Shown in pieces: positions 48,150-63,765 of a stretch of 64,000 nt of DNA. A program made the translations under genes and the position numbers. The stretch is from Lama guanicoe (lineage: Eukaryota): positions 3,355,032 to 3,419,031 of the forward strand of contig MU054400.1 in the NCBI GenBank assembly GCA_013239625.1. Reading direction: 5' to 3'. Below the pieces are notes generated by a model. That model was not told the DNA's origin. It did not search any database and was given only the letters and a program-made list of their open reading frames with translations. The stretch's first letter is position 1; the number at the start of each line of letters is the position of its first letter.

Positions 48150-51100
48150 CTAGGAATAAAGCAATATAACATGTAACTGGGACGTTTGCTCTCCTCTGGT
48201 TGTATCTCATTAAAACTACATAAAAGGAATTTATAACTATATTAATAAAATAAAAGGTTGGTACTTTGTATGAACCTAGGACTCCACAAACACATTGTCT
48301 TAACATAAGATTATTTTGGGTCACTTTCTTAAAAAACCATTTATGAAATGTCAGCTCTCATTTACTGCATGCAAACTATTTTCACCAACACATTAGGGAG
48401 GAAAAAAATAGATAAACATTTGTGGTTAAGTTATTCTTGGCATTCATGTGTGAAATTATATTTTCACAAGATCTTGCTAGTACTTCTCGTAATCCACTAC
48501 TTTGGATGCCGATGGTGAAGTATTATAATGTTACAATCAAGGCTCCAATTTGCATACTCAAACATTACTTTATAAATACTTTTCCTGCATAATAAAAAGA
48601 AATGAGTAAGTAAAAAACAAACAAAAAGTAACTATGTCAAAGAAAGACTCAAACAAATCTAAGCCAACAAGACAGCAGTGAGATAAGTTCTCATGTTCCA
48701 TGTCAGTTAAGGATGCTCATTTCACACTGTCTGCTAAAGCAAAAACAAAATTTTACCACAATCCCTATACCCCTTTTTAACGAACGGTTTCCCAATAAAC
48801 AACTTAAGATCTACCAAAAGTTAAACAAAACCACATAAAAGGGATAAAGATGGATTGTAAATCAAGACATTGCTTATCATTTAATTTTCAGATAAAAATG
48901 AATCTCCAAAATGCATGAAATCTTTAAACCAACAAAAGCTGCGGGTATAGCTGGGAGCAGGCATCATTCAGAGCACAGGTGCTGGAAGACAGCTTTCGGT
49001 GACCAGACCAAAAGCACATGGTAACTGAAGAAATAAACTATAAAAACTGTGAGTTACTCTACACGTAGCACATGCCCTTATAATAATGATCAACTGAACG
49101 TTTAAACAGTTTGGCTGTCTCCAAATATTCCTGGGAATGTTACTCAACTGACTTTGTTAGAAAACGCATTTGCCTTCTTCAAAGGTTTAGGAAGGCTATG
49201 TCTGTTTCTGAATTAGTTAATCAAAGATAAAAGTAAAGAACACTGACAGCCTAAAATTCAGCAATATAAGAACATTCTTGAGAGTGAAGAGACTTGTTTC
49301 TTATAATATTATTAGACTCACATACTTATTAGTTAACATTAACAAGTTTCAAAAGTATACATTATGTGTGTGGGATAGATGGGGGCATATGGGAATTCTG
49401 TACTTTCTACTCAACTTTGCTGTTTTTAAAAAGTTTATTAATAAAAAAAGACTTGCAAAAAGTATATGTTATGATCAAAGTATTGATTTTTATATATAAA
49501 AAATTTAGCTTATTACTATTAGTAAGAGACTTCTCCCCGTAAGTTTTATATCTGTTACTTTATCAATGAAAATCATATAAAATATATATCATATAGCAAT
49601 GTAAATCATATAAAAGTGAAATGACTATTAAGTATCCATTTTATTTTTAAAAGTTTATAGATTTACTTTTTAGAAAACCGGTCTAACATTTTTTATGCTT
49701 CAAAATGTATCTCAGCTATTTTTTTTAAATGAGTTTTTCCAATGACCAAATAAATTTATCAAAACAGAAATAGGGCCCTTTAAAAAACTCCAGTGAAAGT
49801 CTATCAGTGGAATCCAAATATAACAAGAAAGCGCTGCTGTCACTGCACCACCGATGGCTTCAAGGGGCATGCGGGTCTCAGCCTCCCTGACTTCTCTCCC
49901 CACCCCCACAGGCAGCTCCATAGACACCGATGTTTTCAGTTGCCTTCTCCAGCCTGACTGCCCAAGTCTGTTTTCCTAGGAACTACCTATGGTCCTTTAC
50001 GAAAGTGATCCTCCAGCTGCTTCCCATGCCACACACGCACAGTCCACCAGAGCAGTGGCGGGGAGACGAGGCTTGGGCTGGAGGACTCATGCTACTCTCA
50101 CCACTATCCTGCCTTTGGTAGACGAGGAGGCACTGTCTCAAAATATTTGGAGAGAATTCAAAAGACAGCACATTTTGGAAGAACAGTATACTGGGGTCAA
50201 CCTAAAATTTGGGGAAGAGTCACTCTATAGAAAGTACTAGAATCTCATTAAGTTCAACCCATCCAGGCCCCAAAAGTTTGAATGTCGGTTGAAAAATCCA
50301 TACAATTTTCTTCAAGTTTGTTACAGACTGGAAAAGCCATCATTTAGGCTCTCCACTTGAACATTTTGGCATCAATTATAATATGCTACATTTTTAATAT
50401 TAACCAATTGGGAGATTTTTAACTCTTTCCAAACATAAAGCTATAACTATCTTTACACGAGGTATATGAAAATCACTGAGATTCAGTTTCCTCTTGCCCC
50501 TATCAAAAACCAGAACAAAATAAAACAGAATGAGTGGAATAATTAGCATGACACCCAAAAATCTCTCTGTGGCATGGCAAGAAAAATTAATATTCAAATC
50601 TGCAGCTGGCCCAATTCACTGTCAATTAAATTCTCAATCCTTAAAATTAAAAAATTCAAAGTCACCTAACATTTAATTAGTCTTTAATTTCAAAAATTAA
50701 GTTTGAACTCTGGTTGTTCCTAATAAAAGCCTGTGGCACCACAGATGAGGGGTCTTAGCAAAGAAAAAAAAATTAGTGAAGGGATATGCATTTAAACGTC
50801 ACACACACACAAAACCTAAATATAAAAACCTTCATAAATAAGTGTAATGTTCAATAAAAAAAGTTTAAAAAATAAAATAAAATAAATAAGTGTAATGTAC
50901 TTATTTCTAAATGCATAACAATATCCTTACATCCATTCAATTAAAATGACAAACATGTTATTAATAATGTTCTACTTGCACAGCTCATTATAAATTACTA
51001 ATCGTTATTTCAAGTGTACTACAGTGTGCTTTCTGAAAAACAATGAATGTAAAAAGACTCAACCAAGACTTCACAAGGACCCAAAGCAAGCTATTTAGTT

Positions 51101-51200
51101 CAGAGAAGTAAAAAAAAAACAAACTGTTCTTAAGATTGCATATGATTCAATTCCATTATTGCAAATTACATACAACTCAATATAACAAACATCTCATTTA

Positions 51201-51527
<327 letters not shown>

Positions 51528-51789
51528 TTAATTTTTAAATTTTGAAAATTTTAATGGAAGTATAGTCATTGGAGCAGAGTCAAGTGGATCTTGCTACATC
51601 CCCTCTATTCAAAATATCAAAATAATTCTCTTACTAATTTAGAATTTTCTGCTTTCCTAGACAAATAGTCATCAGAAAGTAGAATGAAAGAAAGGATAAT
51701 GTTCATAGTAGCAACCAGTAAGTGGAATAAAACCACATAAGAAAGCCATGTTTAAAAATACGAAGAAAAACATTTTTTTGAAAATGAAG

Positions 51790-52930
51790 AAACTTTAGTC
51801 ATGAAAGATGACTTGACTAAGAGATTTAACACTGTAAACGTCAGTCACCCCTAAATCAATCAACAAAGCTAAGACAATCAGAATCTAAATGCTCACTACA
51901 TTTTTGCAACTTAAAATTATTCCCAAGTTCACCTGAAAATGAAATATAGGCGTACACCCTAAAGAATTCTGAAAGAAAAGGCTATGACGAGAAACAGATC
52001 AACATACATTAACCTAAATTATACATCTGAGTAAATTAAACGGTGATACTGGTGTAGGAATAGATATATCTTTAGAAAGAAAGTTCAGAATTAGAACCAA
52101 AGGTATTTGTTAAAATTAGCATTATTAGTAGTAAAGAAGATTGATCATTCATGAAATGCTGACACAACTGGCCAGTCACTGAGAAAAACCAGCTGAAGTC
52201 ACTCTCCATTAAATTAAATCAAATTAAAATTAGACTGAGAATTTCAACTTAAAATTAGTAAGTAAAAATTTTAAATGAAACTAAAAACAGTAAATATGGA
52301 ACTATACTTTTAAAATCTTGGGGTGAGAAGTCTTTTTAAGCCTCAAAGCTCAGGAGACTTTTTTTTTAAAAATCAACAAATATGATAAAAGTTTCAAATC
52401 ACATAAACAAAAAAAAACTTCAATATACTTGTAATACACATAAAGACTTCTCATTTTAAAAACAATTATAAATAGATGACCTGTACAAAAATAAGCAAAA
52501 AATATGAGCAAGGGCTATTTTTAAAAAGAGAGATCATAATTGACCAAATGAAAAGACACTTGACCCTATATATTTATAACCATAAATACGCAAACTGAAA
52601 CCAGCAGAAATTTTTTTCATCTGGCTAAGACGATATTTAAGATGTTTAGAGAAAAAGCACCATCATTCACTGAGGACTATTCATTTGCACAATCTTTATG
52701 AAAGATTTGGCAATACTAATCAAGTGACCACCAACCAGGGACACTGAATAAATCAATTTTGGTACGTCCATAAAATAAAAACCAAAGTACACAATGGAAA
52801 TCTTGTTTAATTCTCAAAAAGATGGAGGCAGATCCATATATGAGGACCCAAAAAGATGGCCAACAAACATTATGTGAAAAAAAAGTTGTTGAGCGTTAAA
52901 AAATATAAAATAAAAGCAACAAAAACTTTA
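51790..52930 (+). mobile_element. Highly degenerate old L1 ORF2/3' remnant
   Basis: aattattcccaagttcacctgaaaatgaaa...ggtgatactggtgtaggaatagat...aaatcttggggtgagaagtcttttta, L1ME-like blocks. Confidence 0.55.
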
Positions 52931-53481
52931 TACACAATGTGTCCATCCATCTACGGATGAACGTGCTTCTAAGGCAGGCTTCACAATACACATGATAAAA
53001 GTGATTAACTGGTGTTTAATAGAGGGAAGATGACTTTTACTTACCAATTTATAGCTCTGGAGCATTTCCAGTTGTCATATAACTCTAATCATTTTATTTA
53101 TTTGGGAAAGGGAGAGAAGAAAGAGGACACCAAAAAGAAAATGTGCTTTGACATTCTGCTAAGGGCAGTGATATGTTACTGAAATTTTCTTGGGAAAATA
53201 ACTGGCTGCTCGTTTAGGCATAAATATAGAAGAGACACTGTGCAGAATGAAAAGCACACAGGATACAAAGCATCTCTTTTCAGTCCTAGGCAAACCCCAA
53301 GACACACCCATACATGTGGAAACAAGGTATGTAACAGCTTGATAAAATCTGCAGAGGAAGGAGGCACTGTTTAATAAATGGTGCTGAGAAACTGGTTATA
53401 CGTGGGGAAACCAGAATGAGATCCCCACGTTTCATATAAAAATAAATTCCAAATAGATTAAAAATGTAAACCTGAAAAGCA

Positions 53482-54455
53482 CCACTGAGTATGAAATTTG
53501 CTGTGGGTATGTCATAAACGCCCTTTATTAAATTGAGATACTTTCCCTCAAAATACCAACTTTGATGAGAGTTTTTATCATGAATGGATGTTGAATTTTT
53601 TCAAATGGTTTTCCTGCATCTACTGAGATGACAATGTGATTTTTATCCTTCCTTTTTTAGCGCAGTGGATTACAACGATTGATTTCCTTTTGTTAACGTG
53701 GTGTCATGGTGTATGGTCCTTTTTATATATTGATGGATTCAGTTTGTTAATATTTAGTTGAGGATTTTTGCATCTATATTCACCAGAGATATTGGCCTGT
53801 AATCTGTTTTTTGGCAGTGTCCGTCTGGTTTTGGTATCAGGGTAATTAATGTTGTCCTCATAGAATGAATTTGGAGTGTTCCTTCCTCTTCATTTTTTTT
53901 TTTAAATAGTTGAAGACGGATAGGTATTAACTCTTCTTTATATGTTAGACAGAATTCCCTTGTGAAGCCATCAGGTCCCAGACTTTTGTTTGCTAGTAGA
54001 TTTTTGATTACTGATTCAATTTCCCTACTAGTGATTGGTCTCTTCAGATAATCTGTTTCTTCCTGATTAAGTTTTGGAAGATTGTATGTTTCTAGGAATT
54101 TATCCATTTCTTTCAGGTTGTCCAATTTGTTGCCATAGTGTTCATAGTATTCTCTAATGATTTTTTTTGTATCTCTGTGATATTGGTTGTAATTTCTCCT
54201 CTTTCATTTATTTTGTTTATTTTTCTACCTCTCTCTTATTAATGAGCCTGGATAAAGGCTCAATTTTGTTTATCTCTTAAAAAAAAAAAACCCAGCTCCT
54301 GCTTTCATTGGTCTTTTTTTTTTTTTTTTGCAAGAGGGGTAGTTTCAATTTTGTTTCCACTCTCATCTTTATTATTTCCTTCCTTTGGCTAACTTTGAGC
54401 TTTGGTTGTTCTTTTTCTAATTCCTTTAGATGGCAGGTTAGGTTGTTTCTTGGGA
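53482..54455 (-). mobile_element. L1 ORF2 segment, inverted
   Basis: ORF 53754..54125 MDNLKEMDKFLETYNLPKLNQEE...GPDGFTREF...ITLIPKP...DYRPISLVNIDAKILN is the L1 ORF2 Z/RT region. Confidence 0.92.
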
Positions 54456-54459
54456 TTTT

Positions 54460-55815
54460 TCTAACAGGATTAAAATACAGAAATCTGTTGCTTTTCTATA
54501 CATTAATAATGAACTATCATTAATTCGGGAATCTGAAACTAATCCCATTTATAATCACATCAAAAAGAATAAAATATCTAGGAATAAACTGAAAGATCTA
54601 TACTCTGACAATTAAATTACTCTAATGAAGGAAACTGAAGATGATACAAAGAAAACGGGAAAATATCTGCAGTCATGAATTGGAAAAATTAATATTGTTA
54701 AAATGTCCATACTACCCAAATCAATCTACAGATTTAATGCAATCTCTATCAAAATACCCAGGACATTTTTCACAGAAGCACAACAAGTAATCCTAAAATT
54801 TATATGGTACCACAAAAGGCCCCCAAGTAGCCAAAGCAATCCTGAGGAAAATAAAAAATCGGGAGGTATTACACTTCCTGACTTCAGACTATACTGCAAG
54901 GCCACCGTATCAAAACAGTATGGCACTGGCACAAAAACAGATACGTTTCAGGATCAATGGAACAGAACAAAGAGCCCAGGAATAAAGCTGCTAACATACA
55001 GTCAATTAAGCCACAACAGAGGAGGCAAAAACGTACAATGGGGAAAAGATAGTCTCTTCAACAAGTGGTGCTAAGAGAACTGGACAGCTACATGCAAAAG
55101 AATGAAATCAGAACATTTCCTTACACCATATACAAAAGCAAACTCAAAATGGATTACAGACCAAAATCTAAAACTGGAAACCATAAAACTCACAGAAGAA
55201 AATATAGGCAGAACACTCTGTGATGTAAGTTGTAGCAAATTTTTTTGAATCTGCCGCTTCAGGCAAAGGAAACCAAAGCAAAAATAAATAAATAGGATCT
55301 AATTAAACTTAAAAGCTTTTGCACAGCAAAGGAAACCACTGACAAAATGAAGACAACCTTCAGAATGGGAGAAAATATTCACAAATGGTATGACCAAAAG
55401 GGATTTAATATCCTTAATATTACAAGGATGTATAAATGTTATACAAACAGCTCATACAATTCAATAAACAAACAAACAAAAAACAACCCAATTAAAAAAT
55501 GGGCAAAGGACACGAGCAGACATTTTTCCAAAGAAGATATATGTGAAAATGTGCTCAACATTGCTAATCATCAGGGAATTGCAGATCAAAACCACAGTGA
55601 GATACCATCTCATATATATCAGAATGGCTGTCCTCAAAAAGAACACAAATAACAAATGTTATCGAGGATGTGGAGAATAGGGAACCTTCCCACACTGTTG
55701 GTGGGAATGTGAATTGCTGCAGACACTGTGGGAAACAGCATGGAAGTTTCTCAAAAAAAAACTAAAAAAGAACTACTATATGATCCAGTAATTCCACTCC
55801 AGGGTATATATACAT
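54460..55815 (+). mobile_element. L1 ORF2 C-terminal segment, sense
   Basis: ORF 54703..55074 [23 protein letters not shown]...[14 protein letters not shown]...[10 protein letters not shown] is the L1 ORF2 C-terminal part. Confidence 0.92.
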
Positions 55816-55975
55816 CCTAAGAAATTTTAGAAGAAACATTTAAAATGCAAAATCGAAAACAAAATAACCAAATGGAACAAGTTACTGGATCTGAGCAGTC
55901 ATATAAGTTAAGTTATTTTCTGTAGTTTTATGCATGTTCGAAATTCAAAATTCCCGCCTTAGCTGTAATAATTAC

Positions 55976-56107
55976 CCTGTATCCCACATCTTCCACAACA
56001 TCACACGAAGCTGCATTGTCACTGGTGTGCCACACTGTCTCTTTGATGCTGCATCCATACATAAACACATTCTTCTTTCGGGAGTGGCCATGATAATCAC
56101 AATAAAC
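55976..56107 (-). CDS. AGTPBP1: AGTPBP1/CCP1 coding exon with third zinc ligand (DYHGH), 132 nt
   Basis: Acceptor ttttcaag|GTT and donor AGG|gtaatt. Translates as [44 protein letters not shown]. Confidence 0.97.
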
Positions 56108-57097
56108 CTTGAAAACATAGTGTATTTTAAAAATTAAGATCATTGAAATTCATATATTGCCAAGTAAAGCTGGTTAGTATCAAACCAATAAACAGGTCCG
56201 CGTTCCCTGGTCCCTTTACTGTGACTGAGCCACCATTTAACAAGTAGAATCAATAAAAGTAATAATACATATCTAGTTTTGGAAAGGATCTATGAATAAT
56301 TCTAGAGTGGCTAAATCCTTTGCAGGTCCTGCATCAAGTCACGAGTTCCGCTCTTTCTTTTGTGTCTACTCTTTATCATTTTAAAAATAATAAATTCAAT
56401 TATAGGTCAAATCTACAGCTGCACTCATCACTGCCCCAAGGGTTGTCAAAATATTTACCTAATTTAAAAGAACATAAAAATGCTCCTATGAAAAATACTT
56501 TTTTAAGGGGGTATGGTTTCAAATTAATTTTTAAGATCATCATTTTAAAAATGAAAAATGAAGGACAGGCTTGCATGCCAATTTTGCCCCTCTGCAAAGT
56601 GTCCTATCTTCCCCAAAGGAAGATTACCTCATTTAAACACTAATATAATGGACACACTCTAAACAAAAGCTGCCAAAAACAGAAGAAATACATGAATATA
56701 TAGTGCAGGAGAGTCTCCTACCATGTCTCTACCATCTTTCCCACAGGCACACTCGAGACCTGCTTGAGAACAGGCTAAAGAGCTCAGAAATAAGCTTCTA
56801 CTAGTTTGAGAATCTGAAAGATACATACTTTTACCTTGTTCAGACAGTGACGTTAAATACCTGAGACTTACAACCAGGAGTTGCCAATATTCATAAATAA
56901 AAAAGCAAAGTAAAAGGCTCATGAGAATTATAAAAATTAAACCTGACGAAATAAGAATACGGATAACATCATATGAATTTTACACCGTAATTAATACAAG
57001 AGTGACTGATAACAAAAGATATTTTAAAGAAATTGCTTTTGAAATTAACACACAGCTTTTATAACTAGAAAATAATGTACAAAATATTAAGTAATTA

Positions 57098-57325
<228 letters not shown>

Positions 57326-58557
57326 TTACATAAATTTGATTTAATTTTATGATTCTATTCCACTAAGTATGTCAAGTATAAATGGTGGGCTCACCAGAAT
57401 GGATACTATAACATCACTAAGTAAACATTTATTAAGCATTTGCTATGTGCAAGATCTTGTATTACATGCATTTAACTGTGGTAAGCTTTTAGTTTTATAG
57501 GTCAAATTTTTCAAGCTATAGAAAAAAATTCTCCATTCTGGGTTTTTTTTTCTATACTCCATAAAATTTATTCATGGTCATATTTTCCATTCTGACAACA
57601 TAACAATCATTTCTTATGCTAATATTCTGTATTTCGGTTATTAGTTATTATTATAAATGCTGTCTGGGCCCTCCTTCCAAGAAAGTATATAGAGTATACA
57701 CTCCTATAAAAATTCAAATACATTTCATTTAATCGTAGGCATTAAGTAGTAAAGCCACTGAGCAAAAATTTAAGCAATCAGACAGTGATAAGAGAAATAT
57801 AAACAGAATTCTAACTGGTCAATAAATCTCTGATTTAAAACTAGACATAAAATCTCATTTTAGTTCCATAATCATAACATAGTACCTAAAAAGAAATCAT
57901 TCTATTTTTAATTCAAAAATTTCATAAAATATGAGAAATATTCATGTACCTTTGAATAAATAAAACATGGTATCCTTGACTTTGGAGATGTCCATGACCG
58001 CTAGACTAAATCCTACCTTTCAGAAGCACTAAAGAGATCTTGGTCTAATTGACATAATAAATAAACCATACTAACTATAAGCCACCTCCACTTAAAAAGA
58101 AACCTTCCAGTGTCTCCACTCTAAAGAATTCCTCCTCATACCACGGAGGGGTCAGCAGATGGAACCAATATTCCATGTCAGTGGAAACAGATCCCAGAAG
58201 ATTCTAAATCTTGGAACAACCTAAGATCATGCCACTGACAAACTTAAAAAAAAGAAAGGACTATAAGGGGACATGTTAAAAATCTTTCTCATATGCTAAC
58301 ACTGTGATTTTTCTAAAACAATTCAAGCTAGACATACATTTTATGAAATCATATTCTCACAATTAGACACAGAATTTCTCAAAATGTCATACCACTACTA
58401 GTATACAAATTACATTTTCATCACAAATTTTATCTTAGATTAATTGCCCACAAAATTTCTTTTTGTTCTAGAAAAACCTGGATGCTACTATTTCAACAAG
58501 TGTATACAGAACAGCCACAAAAAATCCATAATATTTCTATAATTCTTGCTTAACTTA

Positions 58558-58758
<201 letters not shown>

Positions 58759-59541
58759 TCAAATTAAAATGAACAGGTACTAAAAGTCTGTATGATGTTT
58801 GACTCTGGGGCTTGAGAAATACTTCCACTCACTGATCAGTTGTGAACACTGATGTAACGTCATGGTGGCACGCACTGTGCACCTACCACGTAGGAGCGCT
58901 GCACTAGCCCCACGGAGAAAACAGAGGCAAAACCCGCACAAGCCACGTCTTCCATGAACATAACCCAGCGAACAGTATTTGAATCGCTTATTCATTTCCC
59001 AATGATTAATCTCATATGTAAAGTTAGTTCTTAACTATCGTCTTGGTTTCATGAAGAACAAGTAGCTGGAGAAATACAGATGAAATAATTTATTTTTCAT
59101 AAAGTCGTGGGGAAAAGAAGGAACATATAATTTTATTTCTCTCGCACAGTCACTATGATAAGCACAGAAAAGAAGGTATATCTGCTCAAGAGATTCATAA
59201 AGAAAAATATTTTTCACTATACAGTTAGACACACAAGTCTGCAAAATAATCATTCCATTCATCTGCTCATATGTGCACGCACAGCAAGCTCTTTCTCTTT
59301 CCTGAAAGTATTTTATCTTCTTTTCAAAATTAGAACAGTTCTCTTATTTTTTTTTTAATCATAGCTGTACTTTTGAAGCAATTTTTAAAATATAAATGGC
59401 AGGGGAAAACAAGCAGCTATTCAGTACTGGTATCACAACACTCGATAGATTTCTGGCAGTTTTATTTACACATAAGATTAGTTGTAAATTGTTTAATTGA
59501 TGGTATTGTTACAGGAACTCTTAAGATAAGTTGTCGTATTA

Positions 59542-59973
<432 letters not shown>

Positions 59974-60819
59974 TTAAAAGCAAAGTATACAATCATTAAA
60001 AAAAAACCCTATGAGAAGTAGAAATAAGTGCACCCAGATCTCCACATGACTCAAAGTGAATCCGATTCTTAACCCCGTCTCTGAAGCCCTCAAGGGTCCA
60101 AACACAGTTAAGTGTCAGTATTGGGGGAACTTGCTCATTAACTGGGCAATAATACCAGTGGGGTCAGCGGCAGCAGCCTGTAACAAGCACATTATTATTT
60201 CTGCAGCAAAACCTATGAAGAGTCACTCTAAGTGGAATCAATATTCTAAATAAGCTCACATCAATTCAGGCCAGGCTTTGCTGCCAAATGGGTTATGAAA
60301 ACGTTTTTATAGCTTTCAAAGCCTTCTGAATTTTGAAATTTTATGACTGTAGAACTGCAACAACAACCTAAAATATGGAGAGTGAAAATCGTGTGGCACG
60401 TTTTTAAACAATTTTTCCTGATTTCAAGATTAATACAGACTCATTATAAAATGTCTCGAAGAGACAGAAGGTACAAGAAGAAATTAAAAACACCCATAAT
60501 TGCATCACCTAGATTACTACTAACAAAAGTCAACGTATATAAACAATCATATGTACAATTATATGTAATTACATATAAGACTTTATCATCTGATGTTATC
60601 ACTTAATAATTTATACATACACTTAAGTATATTCATAATTATACATGCTATACCACATCATTAAACATGTTGAATGTCTTTTGAAAATACAAGTTTTAAT
60701 GGTTGTAGTCTATGGTTACACCAGAAATAAACTGTTCCGTCCCTTATTTTAAGATACTTAGCTGGTTTCCAAACTTTGGCCTATGTTCATTCACATAATC
60801 ATGATTTACTGCACGGTCA

Positions 60820-61745
60820 CTATTTCAGGGCCTGAAACTGTGCCCTCTGGGGATACAACAATGAATAAATGGACCCTAGCCTAGAAAAAATATAGAGCGC
60901 TATGAAAACTTATAATAAAGGTAGAGGAGACTTGCCGAGGCTGGGCAGTGAGGAAGGTCTTCCGGAAAAAAATTACACTTAAAGCGACATCCCAAGGGTG
61001 AGTAAAAGGGATGGAAAGTGTGCTGTAGGCAGAAGGAAAGTACACAGGAAGACTACAAAATAAGAAAGAAGAAGGGCATTTCAAAGACCTGAAAAAGATT
61101 CATGAGAGCTAGACCAGAAAGAAAAGGCAAAAAGTCAAGAATTTAACACAGAATGAAGGGCCTGGCAGACCAGTCCTTCCCAGAGCACAGTGTTTGTGCC
61201 ACTGGGTAACATTAACACAATTAAGTGACATGTGAACAATCTTTAAAAATGTTTAATAGATATATATTTTACTGTGAATTAGGAAAAAAAAAAGTCTAGC
61301 ACATTAAACCTGTAATTCCACAGGTATTAACTTTGGATGAGGATAATCTTTAAAGAGTGAAATATTTTAAAGTCTATTTAAAGATAAATATTAAGTAAAT
61401 AGCAGCTCAAACAGTATGAGGAAATGGCAAACAAACAAACAAACAAAAAAAACTATGTGAAGGAGTAGAAAAATGACGAATGAACCACGGTAAGAATTTT
61501 AGACTTCATACAAATGGCAAGGCAAATTACTAAGGGGTTTTAAGCAGGGGATTTATACGATTAGATTTGCCATCAAAGAGCCCTCTTGCTACAGTGTGGG
61601 GATAAACGTGAGTTCTAGGACACCAGTTATAAAGAGGTCGGCAGGAGTCCAGGTGAGGAATAAAGGTAATGCCTGGTTGTGGCAGTGGGACTGGAAGAAA
61701 GTATGGAAATTTGAACTATATTAAAAAGGTAACATCAGTAAAGGA
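60820..61745 (-). mobile_element. L2 fragments, probably interrupted by a hAT-like insertion (~61170-61470)
   Basis: ggggatacaacaatgaataaatggaccctagcc...gtgaggaaggtcttccgg...ggggttttaagcagggg...aggagtccaggtgaggaataaagg. Confidence 0.55.
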
Positions 61746-62552
61746 CAGTAACATAACCATGTAAATGATAACACTACGTTTCTGATGCTATGTTAGTCAC
61801 ACAGAAAGAGAAATGATTATACCTTCACTGTGGGTTGTAACCTTATTAAAATAAAGTGAGCCTCATTTAATGCTCTCAGCCTTGACATCTCTTCTGCTCT
61901 ATGGACTATATTTTCCTCTCATTTTCTTTTGTCTAGTGATTTGGAAGCTTGTTTCTAATCACAGTGCTCAAATTTCTTTCTGGGTAAGATGATCATATCC
62001 TTGATCATTAGGACACACATTCTGTTCTGAAAATAAATCTGCCCCAGGAATTACTTGAGTTCTTTGTTTTACAATGCAAATAATCAAAAAATCTCAAAAG
62101 AACCCACAAAACAACTCTTATACCCCACATTCTAAGCAATCTGGATCTAGGACTCCTTATTAAACCATTAGAAGAAATGAATCCCCCACAGAAAAACTTA
62201 AATTGCATCCATATTTTTCTACTGTTTTCTGTGAGACTCAATGCTTCTCATTAAACAAGTGGAAATCTCATCTAGTTGAAATCTGTAAATTGTGATTTCT
62301 AGATTTTTACCCAAAGATGGCAAGTAAAAATCATGTCAAATTTCCGGAGTATTTCTATTAAATAAAAATAAAGACCGCATTCCCATTTTACTTCACTGAT
62401 TACAACAAATATTGTATTAGTTCCTGAAACTGTAAACACTGGATCTTTTTTTTATCTTATTAAAATACTAATTAAAGCAATGTTTCTTCAGTTATCTGAC
62501 ACATACACATGTAACACAATAACGGTCCTAGTGCAACTCAGGGAGTTCTCAC

Positions 62553-62697
62553 CTGCAAAGTCGAATATGTGTACGGATAGTGATAGGCAAAGTAGCACAC
62601 ATCATCCTTATGTGGGAAACTGACAGTGAATGTAATTGTGTAGTAGGACTTCCCCTTCTGCCCGCCTGCAGCAACCGAACTTCTTGAGAAGTGATTT
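62553..62697 (-). CDS. AGTPBP1: AGTPBP1/CCP1 coding exon (8th from last), 145 nt
   Basis: Acceptor ...tcttctactgcag|A and donor CAG|gtgag. Translates as [48 protein letters not shown], matching CCP1 including the YPYTY motif. Not present in the ORF track. Confidence 0.96.
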
Positions 62698-63039
62698 CTG
62701 CAGTAGAAGAGCATAAAACGTGTTTATTTCATCCACACCAAAATTCTGATTTTTCTTGCTATTTTATTAAACAGAATTTCAGGAAAAAAAGAAAAACCAT
62801 CATTTGTAAAAAGTGTTAACTTAAATACCCTTAAAAAATAGACTTGGTATTAATAAAGCAGTTAATTGCTATCAGCCAACATCATTACTTTCCACTCCTG
62901 GATTTATGAATTAAATAGTTACTGCTCTGTACGTCAGTAAAAGTTTTAGATCCCCATTCTTTGCTAGCCATACACATAACTGGATCACCAATGGCTGTGA
63001 CAACCGTTAGATGAAAGGCTGATGGATCAGATGACAATT

Positions 63040-63765
63040 CCTGAATTCACTAATCAACTTTAAGATTACAAAAAAGAAATAACCAGAGATTATATGCTTC
63101 CTGATGTGATGCAATAGGAATTCCCTGCACCATCTATGAAGGATTCTCATCAAAAATCAAACCTAAAGTTGATCAGGCTTCTAGATCTAACTACTAGTTT
63201 GTAAGAAATTGGTGGGATAGAAGAATTCATTAACACCTCAGGGCTGAAATCAGCAAAATCCAAAATGTGGAAAATCCTGCATGGTAAGTGAATGATCTAG
63301 TTTCTTCAATAAATAAAGGAGAAATTTAAAAAGGGAAAAAGGAGGCCTATAAATTGAGACTCAAGGGACATATCCACAAAAATCAAATGCAATGTGGGGT
63401 CCCTTGGTTGGACTGATTGAAACAAACCAACTATAAAGTAACATTTATGAGACAGCTGAGGAAATCTGAACATTGCCTGGATATTTTACCATATTAAGGA
63501 ATTTTCTTCGGTATGATAATGGCATTGTGGTTAAACTGTCTTAAATATGTATCTCTAAAAGACAAAAGCTTTTGAGATTTTGTGGATAAACCGTATCTGG
63601 AAATGCTTTAAAAAAATTCAGTGTGGAAGGAGGGGCGAACGTGTAGCTAAAACAAAACCATGTGCTGATCACTGTTGAGACTGAACGATGCATACATGGG
63701 GCCTCACCGTCCTGTTACCTGCTTTTGTAAATGTCTGGAGACTTCCCTAATAAAAAGTTTTTAAA
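63040..63765 (+). mobile_element. Old L1 (L1MC/L1ME-like) 3' UTR
   Basis: cttcctgatgtgatgcaatagg...aaatgcaatgtggggtcccttgg...atgataatggcattgtgg...acttccctaataaaaagtt. Confidence 0.75.
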
